A stretch of DNA of 64,000 bases. Origin: Sphyrna mokarran. Lineage: Eukaryota. The stretch lies in contig JAGIQG010000008.1 in assembly GCA_024679065.1 (NCBI GenBank), positions 86,490,001 to 86,554,000 on the forward strand. Direction: 5' to 3'. The translations under genes were made by a program, and so were the position numbers. The notes beneath the pieces were generated by a model. That model was not told the origin of the DNA. It saw nothing but the letters and a program-made list of their open reading frames with translations, and made no database searches. Below, piece after piece: positions 1 to 12,352 of the stretch. Positions within the stretch are counted from its first letter, which is position 1. Every line of letters begins with the position of its first letter.

Positions 1-529
1 CTGTTTGTATTTATAACACAATCAATCTTACAGGTTTTACTGGCAATTTGCTTAATGAAGTAATTCTCCACATTGATTAGGAGTAAATTAACGCCATGTG
101 CCTAACTCTTGAATATAGATATAAGACAAAGATAATAAGACAAATATATAAATATTTGCTTTATATAAATATCAAACTTTAATTTTCCTCAACTACTTTT
201 AGAAATGTCTTGGTTACTTTCTTACAACAACAATAGTAATGTTAAAAGGTATTCAATACAATATGAAGACTACAGCTTCTCAATTTTTAAAACTTTATAA
301 ATATAACAAAGATTTCTCTGCCGTTAAGCCTTTTGGACAACTTACTACTGGATAATGTTTAAAAAAGCATGCTATAAATGATCGAAGCATGAAGTATTTT
401 GTGTGAGACAAACAAAAATAGCATTGTTTCAGAAGATCAACTTTGGTCTATATTTAAATCCATTAATTTTGCCTTGGCTAGTTAACAACAGTCGTTGGAG
501 ATCTGTCAAAAAGCAGTGGAAGCAGAGTC

Positions 530-685
530 TTGAATGTTTTCAAGGCAGAGATAGATAGATTCTTGATAAATAAGGGGGGAAAGGTTAATTGGTGTAGGCA
601 GGACATTACAGTCAAATCAGCCATGATCTCAATGAATACTGGAGCAGGCTCAAAGGGCCAATTGTGCTCTACTTCTGCTTCTAAC
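530..685 (+). mobile_element. CR1/HER1-like LINE 3' fragment
   Basis: ttcaaggcagagatagatagattcttgata...ggagcaggctcaaagggcc...ctctacttctgcttct resembles the CR1 RT C-terminus and 3' tail as recalled. Confidence 0.65.
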
Positions 686-975
686 CGGTTTGTTTGCATA
701 TTAACCTAAGCAGCGGTACTGATTAATTTAACTAGATACTTGTGTCCCCATGCCATGTATCTCGAAAGATTCTTCATTTTGTTAAACTTAATGCACAGAA
801 GATAAGCTAGGAGAGGACAGAGCATGACTCTTATGATCTGCCTTTGCTATATGATAAAGATGCAATGAGTCAAACTTAGATGCCATGAAATACCAATTAT
901 GCCAAAATCTTCAATAAATCTCGCTGGCAAAGTAGAGAATCCCACAGAATGATGCCTGTGAGAAACCAAATTCTG

Positions 976-3111
976 CAGTGGTAACTCCAGATTAGATTAA
1001 CTTGCCTAATCTTGTCATATGACCATTCTGAGCAATCAGAATGAAGTTATACTGCACAACATAATGAAATAATGCGCACTACAAAAGCCATAATTTGACA
1101 TTGAGCTCTCCTTGTGAAAGAATATGCAAATCCTGTGAATTTGGCTAAACTTGTGGTCAAATTAAAGTGTTGTTGGTTGGAGAGAAAGTGTTGTTAATAT
1201 GCAAGTGGAAAACAGTGGCATGAAGTAAAAAAGGAGTGGGATGTTCCACCGTTAATTTTGTCCACCATGATGAAATGCAAAGCGAGCATCTCAGAACAGT
1301 TTAACAAGTAAACATCCTCTGCAGCGAGAAATAGGACGAGCATGGCAGCCAATCCAAATGTTCAAGAACCTCAGCTAATTGTTTAGGCAAAGACTGTGCC
1401 CATCTCCAGTCCAACTCTGCTGGAAAGTGGAGTGGTCCTGGCAATGAATCTGAGCACATGGAGCTCACTTGTATTGGTGATGACTGCCACCGAATCAAAA
1501 CAAGGCATGGCGTAGTCATCCATGGAGTAAGAAATGAGATCTGGGAGTGACAGATCATTGGTCTCACAGATGTGTTCAATGATGTGCATCAAGAGACATT
1601 TTGGATGCATATGGAACCAAATTGTTATACCATCTTTTGCCAATCCACTCTTTGATGTTTAGAGGTGATAGGCAGAGGAAGGAATGTGTTACTGCTGTGG
1701 TCTGAGTCAACATGGGTGGCACCAAAAAGCTGCAATTTATTATGATAGAAAAGTCCAGGAAGCTACATTTCTCTATGAATATCAAGATAACAACTGAACA
1801 GTTCAAGATTAACAAAACAAGCTGAATGAGCTTCAGCAATTTAGAGGCATGGATCAGTTTTTCAAGTTTATTTATTAATGTCACAAGTAGGCTTACATTA
1901 ACACTGCATTGAAGTTACTGTGAAAATTCCTTAGTGGTCACACTTCGGCAAATGTTTGGGTACACTGAGAGATAATTTAGCATGACAAATGCACCTAACC
2001 AGCACATCTTTTGGACTACAAGAGAAAACCGGAGCACTCTGACAAAACCCATGCAGACATGAAGAAAACATGCATAGACTTTGCACAGATAGTGACCTAA
2101 GCCGGGAATCAAATGCAGTTACTGGTACTCTGAGGCAGCTACTGCAGAATGAAAGAATCATTACAGACAATTGTCCCAAGCGCCCTGATGTTACTGGCTT
2201 CAAGCGCATCAAGCATGTTATTGCCTCCCAACACCACAGCCAAGCTCGAACCAACAAATCAGGGGGATTTTGGTACCTGAAACTTCGCTAACAATGACAC
2301 CCAATAACTCAGATTATTGAGGCCATCAGTAACATGCAGGAGTACAATCCATCTGTGCAAAAGGCATGTACATGATGAAAACACATGGAAGATGGTGTCA
2401 GAAGCTATAATTGCCAACAGCTTCCATCATGCTGGTCAAGATAGATTATGACAGCGTCGGATGTCAAGAATGTTGAGGCGCAGGGCGAGGACAACCAACC
2501 CGATAAGGCTGTTCTCACTCAGCTGCAGGAGGCCAATATTGAAATTTTAGCAGAGTTAGCCATGGAAACTCATACAGAGGTGGATGATGCCACATAATGA
2601 ACTGACAAATGGTGTCATTATTGACATAATACATTCTTCAACCAATGAGCCCAATGACTCTGAAGAGTCCGATGAATGCTTGTTTTCCCAGCCAATGCCA
2701 CAAAAGCTATAGAGATGCTCTTGGCCTTGGTACTGTAGCATAAACACACTGAAAATATGTCTGACTGAATGGATGACACTATTTCACCACATCCGAAGAC
2801 TGAGCACAAAGAAAGATTACAGAATTTTTCCAGAGCTAACTCCTGATACTTTGCAATGCAATGTTCTGGTCTTTTACAAGGTCATTGTAACATGTGAATA
2901 AACTGAATGAAGGCACACATTTTCTGCCTGACTGTGTTTTCATTTGGCATTTGAACCTATTGTTTTTGGTTTCAGACTCTATTTATAGGCATATCCAATT
3001 ACATAATAATGCATTCATGAGGAAATGAGACATCCTTAGCTATCACAAAGCTCCACTAATCATGAATTTGTGGGCTGATCTCCTGGAATTTGACTAATTG
3101 GGATTTTACTG
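976..3111 (+). mobile_element. Decayed Tigger/pogo (Tc1-mariner) DNA transposon, interrupted by a SINE
   Basis: Broken transposase motifs: RHGVVIHGVRNE (~1503), ECVTAVV*VNMGGTKKLQFIMIEKSRK (~1682), DNCPKRPDVTG (~2167) and LPPNTTAKLEPTNQG (2221-2265), matching the DDE_1 motif LPPNTTSxLQPxDQG. Ends read cagt...actg|TA, but the TIR match is weak. Confidence 0.75.
1858..2139 (-). mobile_element. tRNA-derived V-SINE (HE1-like, variant 3' tail)
   Basis: Reverse strand shows a tRNA head remnant and the V-domain (...gcatgggttttgtcagagtgctccggttttctc...). It has the same tail as the copy at 20600-20888. Confidence 0.8.
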
Positions 3112-3905
3112 TATATAATATCGATATATACAATATATTATATATAGAATAAATATATACATTACATATATTTAGTATTTTGTTTGCTAAGCATCGTCAT
3201 ACAATCCATTACTTAGAATATTTTTGTTGAGACTGCTAATCCCAATTCCTAATGTCTACTTTGTGGAATACCACACAAATTTGCTACAAATTGCAGAAAT
3301 GTGCAACTATGATTTTCTACAATACGATATTCTTATTTTAATCCCTGGGCAGGCAGCAAGTAGAACACAAAGCTTCCAATAGGGAAAAATAAGCTAACAG
3401 CTCCATAGTGATACAGTATACCATTTCCAACATGAATGGTGGGAAATCTTGTTTCTGAAAATCAATCACAGATTTCCTTTTTTGGAAACCAACATATTGA
3501 GTGGGATCAGTACCAAATCCCTGTTCAGATTACATTCAATATCTGTACATGGAACTGCAGATCAGCAAGCTCTTCAAGGTCATTGCATAAAGGAAAGAAA
3601 GATCAGAAAATGCCTCTAGCTTTTGAAAAAGGTGCTGCTGCTATAGTCTGTAAAGTTCACCATTCCTGCAGGGAAATATTTCATTATAGATGTAGTGTAT
3701 TTTTTTCTTTGCTTGTTACAATGTTTTCTTAGAGGTGAGGGAAGATCTGACAATGTGCATTGACGCAGTCTGACATTGGCTATTTCTGTGACAATTCTAA
3801 TTTGATTTTTGCTCAGAAGATATAGAATGATAACACCATTGTTCCACCATTATATATTTTGTAAACAAAATTTTGTTCTCTCCTTCCATTACTTCTTTTT
3901 CCTAG

Positions 3906-3982
3906 CAGATCAGGAAACTGATGATCATCAGCTAGCAGTGGATGCGGTGACTGAGCCAAGCATGGAGCAGAAAAAGGAACAG
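3906..3982 (+). CDS. USH1C: Harmonin exon 15 homologue (isoform-a-type exon): xDQETDDHQLAVDAVTEPSMEQKKEQ
   Basis: Long pyrimidine tract ending cctag|CAG (tandem acceptor at 3906/3909) and donor CAG|gtttga. Phase 1 in, phase 0 out. The acidic peptide matches recalled human [25 protein letters not shown] in length, phase and position just before exon A. Confidence 0.75.
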
Positions 3983-4756
3983 GTTTGATAGCCAATATTA
4001 TAGTTTAGGGTCTGCAAATGTGTGCTGCATTCAAACTCCACTTGTCAATCAAAACAAGCATTGCCAAATGTTGAGATACCATGTGTTGCAGACTCTACTG
4101 AGCAGCACAGAATTTCATTCTCCTGCCTACAAAATTTGTTCAGAACTTTCATTACGAGATGTGCCACAACTAATTTTGTTTTACATCAAATGTACCTTCT
4201 AGTTTATATCGTGTAGCTATTGTCAAAAGTTCAGGTGGATCTAATGGGAAAATCAGTTGCTTCTTGAGGACAAAATCAGAGGTATTTTAATCAAGCTTCT
4301 AAAACATGGTGACATTTTCCGTGTTTCATTAGTCAGCATCTTGTAGATGTCAATAGAAATAATGAAACTGAAATACATTCATATGACATAAAGAGCTGAA
4401 TCTTCTAAGGAGGAGGTAATCACCATTGGATCAGCAGTTAGTCCTATTTACTTATCTTACACTGGAGATTCACATTTCTTGCCCAGCATTCTGATCCAGG
4501 CCTGCCGAGAAATGTATAGCATGTTTGCACCTTAAGTCATTTTCTTGTTATGTAAGAACATCAGGAGAAGACATGCAGAAGCCCTTTATAAGGCAATAGC
4601 AGCTGTATTCCAGTAAATTTAAATGTTTGAGCCACTTTGACCAGCTAGGGAGAAAATGCAAGTGTGTAAGACAAATGGCTGAGGGAGTAGCATTTGTCAG
4701 TGATGTGGGTGGGGAAGGGGAAGTCATTGGGTGGGTTGCAAAGAGTTGGGAGGTTT

Positions 4757-5050
4757 CATAGAATCCCAATAGTGCAGAAAAAGACCATTCAGTCCATCAA
4801 ACTTGCAACAATCCATCCAGGCCCTATCCCTGTTGCCCCATGCATTCACCCTGTTAATCCCCCTGCATAAAGGACAATTTAACATAGTCAATCAACCTAA
4901 CTTGTTCATCTTCGGAGTGTGGGAGGAAACTGGAGCATCCACAAGAAACCCACACAGACATGGGGAGAACATGCAAACTTGACACACATAGTGACCTAAG
5001 GCTGGAATTAAACCTGGGACCGTGGTGAGGCAACAGTGCTAACCACTGTG
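4757..5050 (-). mobile_element. HE1-like V-SINE
   Basis: Reverse complement reads cacagtggttagcactgttgcctca...ggtttaattccagcc (A/B boxes), then V-domain and CR1-type tail ending gattctatg. Confidence 0.85.
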
Positions 5051-6009
5051 ATTGGGAAGAGGGCTGATTAGTCAGTGGTTGTTGATGGTTGTGTGGCTGA
5101 TCATCATGCAGTCATGGGGAATGGTCTGGAAGTGGGGAAATTAGTTGGAATATCAGATCAAATAGTTGGAGGTTCAAGAAAGTGGCTGGGGAAAGAGAGT
5201 TGTAGTTGGGTGAGAATAGTGGTTGAGTGTCACATGGGTAGCAAAGAATTGGGAGTGGTGGGGATATGTACTCGGAGGTGAGTCTGGACAGCAGTTTTGG
5301 GGTTGGGAATGGATTTAATCAGTGGAAATCAAGGGTGTAATTGAAGAATTTGGCAGGGTATTCAATGGAGGTAGGCGGTGAGGGAATAGCACTGAAGGTT
5401 TTCAGCAGAGGTGGGGGGGGGGTATAGTTGAAAAGTGGGAAGATAGTGAGATAGTCAGGGTGGCTGTCAGTATGGGTGACAATTGTATAGCTCCTCAGGA
5501 GTTGGAATAGGTTTTATCCTAACTTTTCCTGAGTAATTATTCTGGTAAGTAAGTCAGAACCATCCAAAATTGCCACTTTTAAATCAGGGTTTTGGAGTGT
5601 TCCAGATGAAAGATAGTTGCTGAATGAAAGTTGAAATTTCTTGGACAATTCCCAGGTAGTCAGTGTGTGGGGCCTTCTGAATAGCCCCCCAGCACATCTT
5701 TTGGTACAACCATCCAGAAAACAGAGACTGGAGCACTTATCTCAAAAAGTGAGACAATATGAGGTGGTCAGAATTCTCCAGATAAAAGGAAAACTTGCAA
5801 GGTAAGATATAGATAAAAGGTTGTTCAGCATTCCACATGGCTTAATAATTCTTTAATTCCAGTGCCTGATTCTCTGAAGAAAGTATGGCAATCCCAGGAG
5901 GAGCTGTATTCCCTCTGTATATGTGCAGACATGCCATGGGCTGCAATCCATATTGAATAATTCATGCTATGTTATACTAACAACATGATTTTTCTTCTTT
6001 CACTTATAG

Positions 6010-6059
6010 CAATTGGGTGGTTTTATCGATATGAAGGCAAATATCCAACCACCCGGAAG
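6010..6059 (+). CDS. USH1C: Harmonin-b exon A: xIGWFYRYEGKYPTTRK
   Basis: ttttcttctttcacttatag| acceptor and AAG|gtagaa donor, 50 nt, phase 1 to 0. Near-identical to recalled human SFGWFYRYDGKFPTIRK. Confidence 0.93.
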
Positions 6060-7571
6060 GTAGAAAATTTTAATAGTGTGGCTTGTGCTTTTGACTCTTT
6101 GTGTGGATTTAATTTAAATTTACTTTAGTTCTAATTCTTTTGACAATGCTGTTTGCCTTTCCGACATTTCCTGAAAATACATTTCATCACTTTGCTGTGT
6201 GATAATGACTGTCCAAAGAAAGTAGCTTGTGAATTTATGGTACGTTGTAATCAAAGTATTTGAACAATGCTTTTCACTTGCAAATAAACAAAACGAATAC
6301 CAAAAGCATGTCCATGCTCCTGAAAAGCTAGATATATCCAAAACGCAAGGACACAGCTTTACAGCACTTCAAGTACTTTGCGATACACAGCTTGCAACCT
6401 TTGTTTTGTTTCACTGCTATTCCTGTCCTGAAGGTACTGATTCAGATTCCAAAAACTTCCAGGGATATAAACAGCCCTACAGTAGCTCAATTAAGTGCCA
6501 TTATTCATTGATAATTCTTGAGAGTGAATGAATACATGTTATTCCACTGCAGGAAACATCAGAACATGCCTAGTTCTGTTCTCCAAGGCACCCATAAGCA
6601 TCATTTCCACAGGTATCACGAGATATTGGTTATGAGTGAATTCATTGCCAGGATTAATACCCTAATATCCTCCTGAATCGATATCAGCAAACTTGCTGTG
6701 TGTGGTTCAGTTCAATTATCATATAAGCAGTTGAAAAATATAGTGAGAAAAATTGTTGCTACCTTCATGTTCTCTTCAATTAGTTGACAAATATGAGCTT
6801 GCATGTTACCTTCCTAACGATAAATGTTCATAAATCCAGGTGAAAGAGAAAAATTTTAACTCTCAGCAGGAAGCCAGACGTAACTGGCAATCTTTCATTA
6901 GAGGCCTAGCAATTTTTAGCCACCGGACTACGCTTGAATGCCTCCAATCAGCTGCTTCTCCATTTCGAGCAGAAAGCAGCAGTTGACTGGTGGAGTGGGG
7001 GAGGCAAGGTAGTAACAGAGAAAACTGCAGGCAGCAAAATGAATAGGGATAGGTGGGACGGTGTTATTGAGTTGGGGTGCCCTGAGCAGCAGAATTCTAT
7101 CAACCCAGAGATGCAAAATTAGTTTTTTTTAAATAATTCTTTTTAACTCATTTCAGTGAGTAATGTTGGCTTCCTGATGACTATATTTTGTGGTGAGCTT
7201 TTGACAGCAACCCATTCAAAAGTAGTTTAAAATGTTGTCTTTGCCCTGTTTATGTCATCCAATTGCCACTTAGGAAGACAGCCCTTTAGAATCTAATGGG
7301 AGTGTCATCAATAGCTAGCAACATTAAGTGGAGGATCAATGAGAACTTGGTGGGAAATAGAATCTCTCCATTTAAACTATTTCCCCAAACCTATCCCATC
7401 AAGCTAAACCTAGACCAAACATAGAGGATCTAATCTATGAACAATTCTAGGAAAGGCTCAGAGAAATTGATGACATAAGACCATCAGCAAGGTTTAGATG
7501 ATTATGGTTGTCCCCTTGGGGATCTCTAGTCACCAGTATGCTGTAAAGTTTCCAAAAAGCATTAAAAAATG

Positions 7572-7968
7572 AAGACTTTCATTTATATAGCAACTTTCAT
7601 GGCAACAAGATGTCCCATTGTAGAACCAAGGATACACTTCTGAAGCATAGACCTATTTGTAATGTAGAAAACCTAACAGCCAATTTGCACATTACAAGCT
7701 CCCACAAGCAGCATTGTGGTAATGACCAGATTTCGGTTTTTGTCATGCAAGTGAGAAGTTAGTACTGGCTAGGCTACCAGCAATAAATCTCCTTTTCTTC
7801 CTTGAAATATGGGTCCTTGGGTTAGCATCTCACTTGGAAGTCAGCACCTCTGACAATGCAGCATTCCCTCAGTGGTACATTGGAATATCAATTTTGATTT
7901 TTGTACCTGCATCCTGAAATGAGGCTTGAATATACACTTTCAGAAGCAAGAGCTGCCAGTTGAGCTAC
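7572..7968 (-). mobile_element. DeuSINE (SacSINE1/AmnSINE1-like)
   Basis: cagcacctctgacaatgcagcattccctcagt is the reverse complement of the recalled Deu-domain actgagggagtgctgcactgtcggaggtg. An L2-type tail lies at the left end. Confidence 0.7.
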
Positions 7969-9542
7969 TGCTGTCACCATTGCAGTATATCTCCACTTAT
8001 TAGAGGTTTTAGTATATTTGTTGAGCAGGCTGATGGGAATCCCATAATCATGGGTCATAATCATAATCTTTAAATTCACATTTAAAGAGACTTTCATCTG
8101 AACTGGATGAAAACTCAATGGCTAAATCTTGCTTAAATTTATGGAAATGTCTGAGAACCCTTGAGTGAAAAGAAGTTAACAAGAGAGAAGTTAGATTATC
8201 CGCTTCATAAACATACCATTATTTTTGTTTGTAACTAGCCACATCGTTTCCTTTATACTCTTTCATGGTATATTTTTGTAATGGCACAAGGAGTGGGATT
8301 TTCTGCTGCATTTGCCCCGAAACTGGAAAATCCCATTCAAGGTCAACTGACCTCCATGGTCCACCTCTTGTTTGCTGTTGCATGATGGACGGAATAAGAA
8401 AACATCACATACATTCTGGGGATGTGAGTTTTCCCCATATTTTCCCATGTGTTGTCAGGCTTGAAGTTAATCTATAAAGTGTCCAATTTAAAATGAGCAA
8501 TGGCTGATTAGTTATTGTCTGTAGTAAATAAATCAGTGCCTTGCTGGTGACCTCTGCTGTCATTTTGTTTTTTAAATACAATGCAAACTGCATTCAAATT
8601 AGTCTTTTTAGCGAGATTGGAACCATAACTATACAGGAACACACATCCAAAAATTAGCAAATTAATAATCAGTAATTAGCAAAATTCTTGATATTTATTT
8701 GATTTTGCATAATTAATGTATTTTAAGTAACATGATCGCATTGAACAGTAAAAAATCATTAGAAGAAGAAATATGCCACAAATGTTGAACTGGTGTTGAC
8801 CATGCTAGGAATTGCAAACATACAGCATTGTTTCCACCAATGTCAACGTTGTAATGTTCAAATAGAAAAATGCTCTGCCATTTTTGCATTTAATTCAGCA
8901 TGAAAAAAATTGAATTAGGCAATGCATTGTCCAGGGTCCAATTGATGGCAAGACAAAGTGATAGACTTGATTTTAAATAAATTCCAATGGTGCAAATGCA
9001 AATATAAATAGTCAGAAATGCTGGAATAGTTTTGGGCTCAGCCATTTTTAATTAACCATTGCTCATTTTACTGTTCCTCATCCCACTTCTCACACTAGCC
9101 TCCAATCATCTTCCAAGCTCAGGAGAGTTAGAATAGTAACTGGTAAGATTGACCTCCATACTTATGATCCTAGATGGAAGCAATGTGTAGACTAAAGCTG
9201 AACACTTTTTTTGAAGAGCTGACACAAGAGCATCACTATCACTAATATCTTTTATTATGGCCTTAATCCTCTTTTATTTGCAACTGAAGCAAGGAACTAT
9301 GAAAGGAGATGCAGAAAAAGTATCTTAATTGTTCCTCTGTTAATTTGCTGTACATCTATGTGTGGTTCACTTGCGTGCTTTGAACTATGCATGTGTTGAG
9401 GAATGAGAATTTGATTTTTTTTTAGTTTGTGTATAATCTAGCATAGTTCTATTGCTGCAGTGAGTTTAATTTTTTGAGTAGTTTGGGCTGCTTGTAATTC
9501 AGGGTTTTTTCATGAATGCATCTTCATATTGAACCTTGTTAG

Positions 9543-9695
9543 AAAGGAAAGGAAAGGAAGAGATCCAAGGCTGAGCTATTATTTGACCAGAGGAAGAACA
9601 AGAAGGAGCTGGAATTTGAACAAAAGCTCGCAAAAGAAAAAGAGGAGATGTTGGAGAAAGAGAAACAGTTGAAAATAAATCGATTAGTCCAAGAG
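9543..9695 (+). CDS. USH1C: Harmonin-b exon B (CC2): KGKERKRSKAELLFDQRKNKKELEFEQKLAKEKEEMLEKEKQLKINRLVQE
   Basis: ttgttag| acceptor and GAG|gtatat donor, 153 nt, phase 0/0. RKNKKELEFEQKLxKEKEEMLEKEKQLKINRLxQE is essentially identical to mammalian harmonin b. Confidence 0.96.
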
Positions 9696-11227
9696 GTATA
9701 TAGCACTGCAGATGCAATAAATTGCTTTCAAGTAGTACTTCTGTGCAATTCCACTATTTAAATAGTACCTATGTAATAGGGAGATAACGATAATTTTTCT
9801 GATCTATGTTTTGTAAAGATATTTCTTGGGGTGAGACCGTAAATATCATAAAATACAAATCAGCCTAATTACCTATCTGTTGCTTACTAAATATAATCCT
9901 TGTAATCCTGTGGATTTTCATATAATTTTGGAATTTAGTAGACTGATGACAAATGAGAGTCATCTTTGATCATATAAGTAACAAAGAGGGAGAGGAATAT
10001 ACTGCAAGTACTTGAGAGGGAAGATTGCAGATTGCACTACAGTTGTTTAGGATGCTTATTGATAACATAATAGGGAAAAATATTGTGTGATGTGCCACAA
10101 CTGTTTGGACATGTTGTTGAGTAGCGCTCAAATTAATGAGAGAGTGCCTTGTCATGTCCCTTTTGTTGGAAAAAAAATATTCTTCTCTACGAAAGTATTT
10201 GTTACACTTTTCCTACTTGATTGCTTTCAATAGTTTGAAAGTTACATAAACTTCCCCAAAATTGAAAGATTAGTTGATGTTTACAATAAGTATATTGCTG
10301 GTTTCATAAAATTACTGAATTGAAATTTATTTGCATGTGACATGGATTATCTTAAATTTAAATTATAAAAAATGTCAATTGTATCTATCAAGCCTCCTTA
10401 ATTTATTTACTAGGTCTCCATCTCGAGTCCTAGTTCTATTATACTCAAACTCATTGTACTGAAATCTTATTTGAATGTAAACATTGTCTTCTGTAATTTA
10501 TAAAATCATTGTTCTTGATTTTGATCTTCAATCGGTAGCATTTTGTGGCCACTGTTCACAGGTTTGAATATCAACAACAAGTAGTCCACATTGAAAATAT
10601 AGGTTGAAAAACAGGTGCATAATATAAATTAAATTTTAAAAGGTATGAAGAACAATTATGTATTTCAGATTGTAACCGCCACTTCTGTAAAACCATAAGT
10701 GAAAGAAAACCTAACAGGTATTTTTTGTTCTTTCCCCCCATTATCTGCTGAAAAAAAATAAGTGTCTTAAATTACATCAATAATAGAGAGGTGCCCTGGA
10801 GTGACATTTTATGAAAAAAAAAATCACTAGCAAGATCAGGAAGACATCAGTCATTATCCTCTTGTCTGTGCTATTTTTGGTACTGGTTGATGTCAGCAAG
10901 GCAAAAGTGTAGAGAAAACTATTGACCTTTGTGGCTGTATGCTAGATTGGGTCGATCAACAAAGGTCCTTGCTCCTAACCACTGTCCAGTAATCCCTGCT
11001 GGATGTGGGAACCTATAGGCACCAAAGGTTTTCAAAAATTTATTAGGTAGGTAGTTGAGGGAAATAAACGTTCAGGGCTATGGGGTTGGAGTAGGGAAAT
11101 GGGACTGACTGGATTGTTTTACAGAGAGCTGACATGGACTTGATGGGCTGAATGTTTTCCTTTTATATTGTGATGACACTGTGACACTCACTGCCAAGTC
11201 TCGTAGCAACACGCCTCCTTGGCGAAA

Positions 11228-11530
11228 TCATAGATCATAGAATTATACAGTGCAGAAAGAGGCAATTCAGCCCATCGAGTCTGTACCAACCACAATCCCA
11301 CCCAGCCTCTATCCCCATAACACACGATTTACCCTAGCTAGTCCCCTTGACACTAAGGGGCAATTTAGCATGACCAATCTACCTAACCCACACATCTTTG
11401 GATTGAGAGGAAACCAGAGCGCCTGGAGGAAACCCATGCAGACATGGGAAGAATATGCAGACTCCACAAAGACAGTGACCCAAGCCAGGAATCGAACCCA
11501 GATCCTTGGCTCTGTGAGGCAGCACTGTGC
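11228..11530 (-). mobile_element. HE1-like V-SINE
   Basis: The B box on the reverse strand (gggttcgattcctggcttgggtcactgtc), V-domain and (ctatgat)n tail are all visible. Confidence 0.88.
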
Positions 11531-11717
11531 TGAAATGAAGAAGAACCAGGCATTCATAAAAATTATCCACACAAGGATGTCAGAACTTTTAGGAAAGCAA
11601 ATGAATAAAAATAATGGAAGGAAGATTATTTAGCAGTAAAATAATTAGAAGATACCAGAAGTTGTGATTCAGAAACCAATTTGAACCAAAATATCCTGTG
11701 AAACAGATTACTGCCTG

Positions 11718-12012
11718 ATCATAGAAGGAGAAGGAGGTTGTTCGACCCATTAAGTCTGCACTGACCACAATCCCAGCCAGGCCCTATCCCATATATTTAC
11801 CCTTGCTATACCCCTGACACTAGGAGGCAATTTACCATGGCCATTCCAGCTATCCCACACATCTTTGGATTGTGGGAGGAAACCAGAGCACCCAGAGGAA
11901 ACCCATGCGGACATGGGAAGAATAGCAGACTCTACATAGACAGTAATTCAAGCCAGGAATCAAACCCAGGTCCTGGTCATTGTGTGGCAGTAGTGCTAAC
12001 CACTGTGCCACC
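11718..12012 (-). mobile_element. HE1-like V-SINE
   Basis: Reverse complement starts ggtggcacagtggttagcactactgcc, followed by V-domain and CR1-type tail. Confidence 0.88.
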
Positions 12013-12235
12013 AGTTGCCCAGATGGGACAAAACAAACTTTTTCAGTACAACATATTTTAAAGTTGATAGAGTGTTTTTTCAACAGAAAATGGGGGCTTC
12101 TTGAAGAAAATAGTCTGCCAAGACTTGACCTTCTCTTTGAATAATATTTACCAGGCTCCAATTACAATTTATAAATCTTTATCAGTCTTTTGAAATATCT
12201 TCTGAGTGAGCTAAGCCATTGGTGCATTGCTTCAG

Positions 12236-12352
12236 GTATCTGAAACAGAGCGCGAAGATCTGGAAGAATCTGTAAAAGTTCAGCACTGGGTAGAGAGACT
12301 ATGCCAGACTCGGTTAGAGCAAATCTCATCAGCAGAGAATGAATCCCTTGAG
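12236..12352 (+). CDS. USH1C: Harmonin-b exon C: VSETEREDLEESVKVQHWVERLCQTRLEQISSAENESLE
   Basis: ttgcttcag| acceptor and GAG|gtaaat donor, 117 nt, phase 0/0. Matches recalled human VSETEREDLEESEKIQYWVERLCQTRLEQISSADNEISE. Confidence 0.96.
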
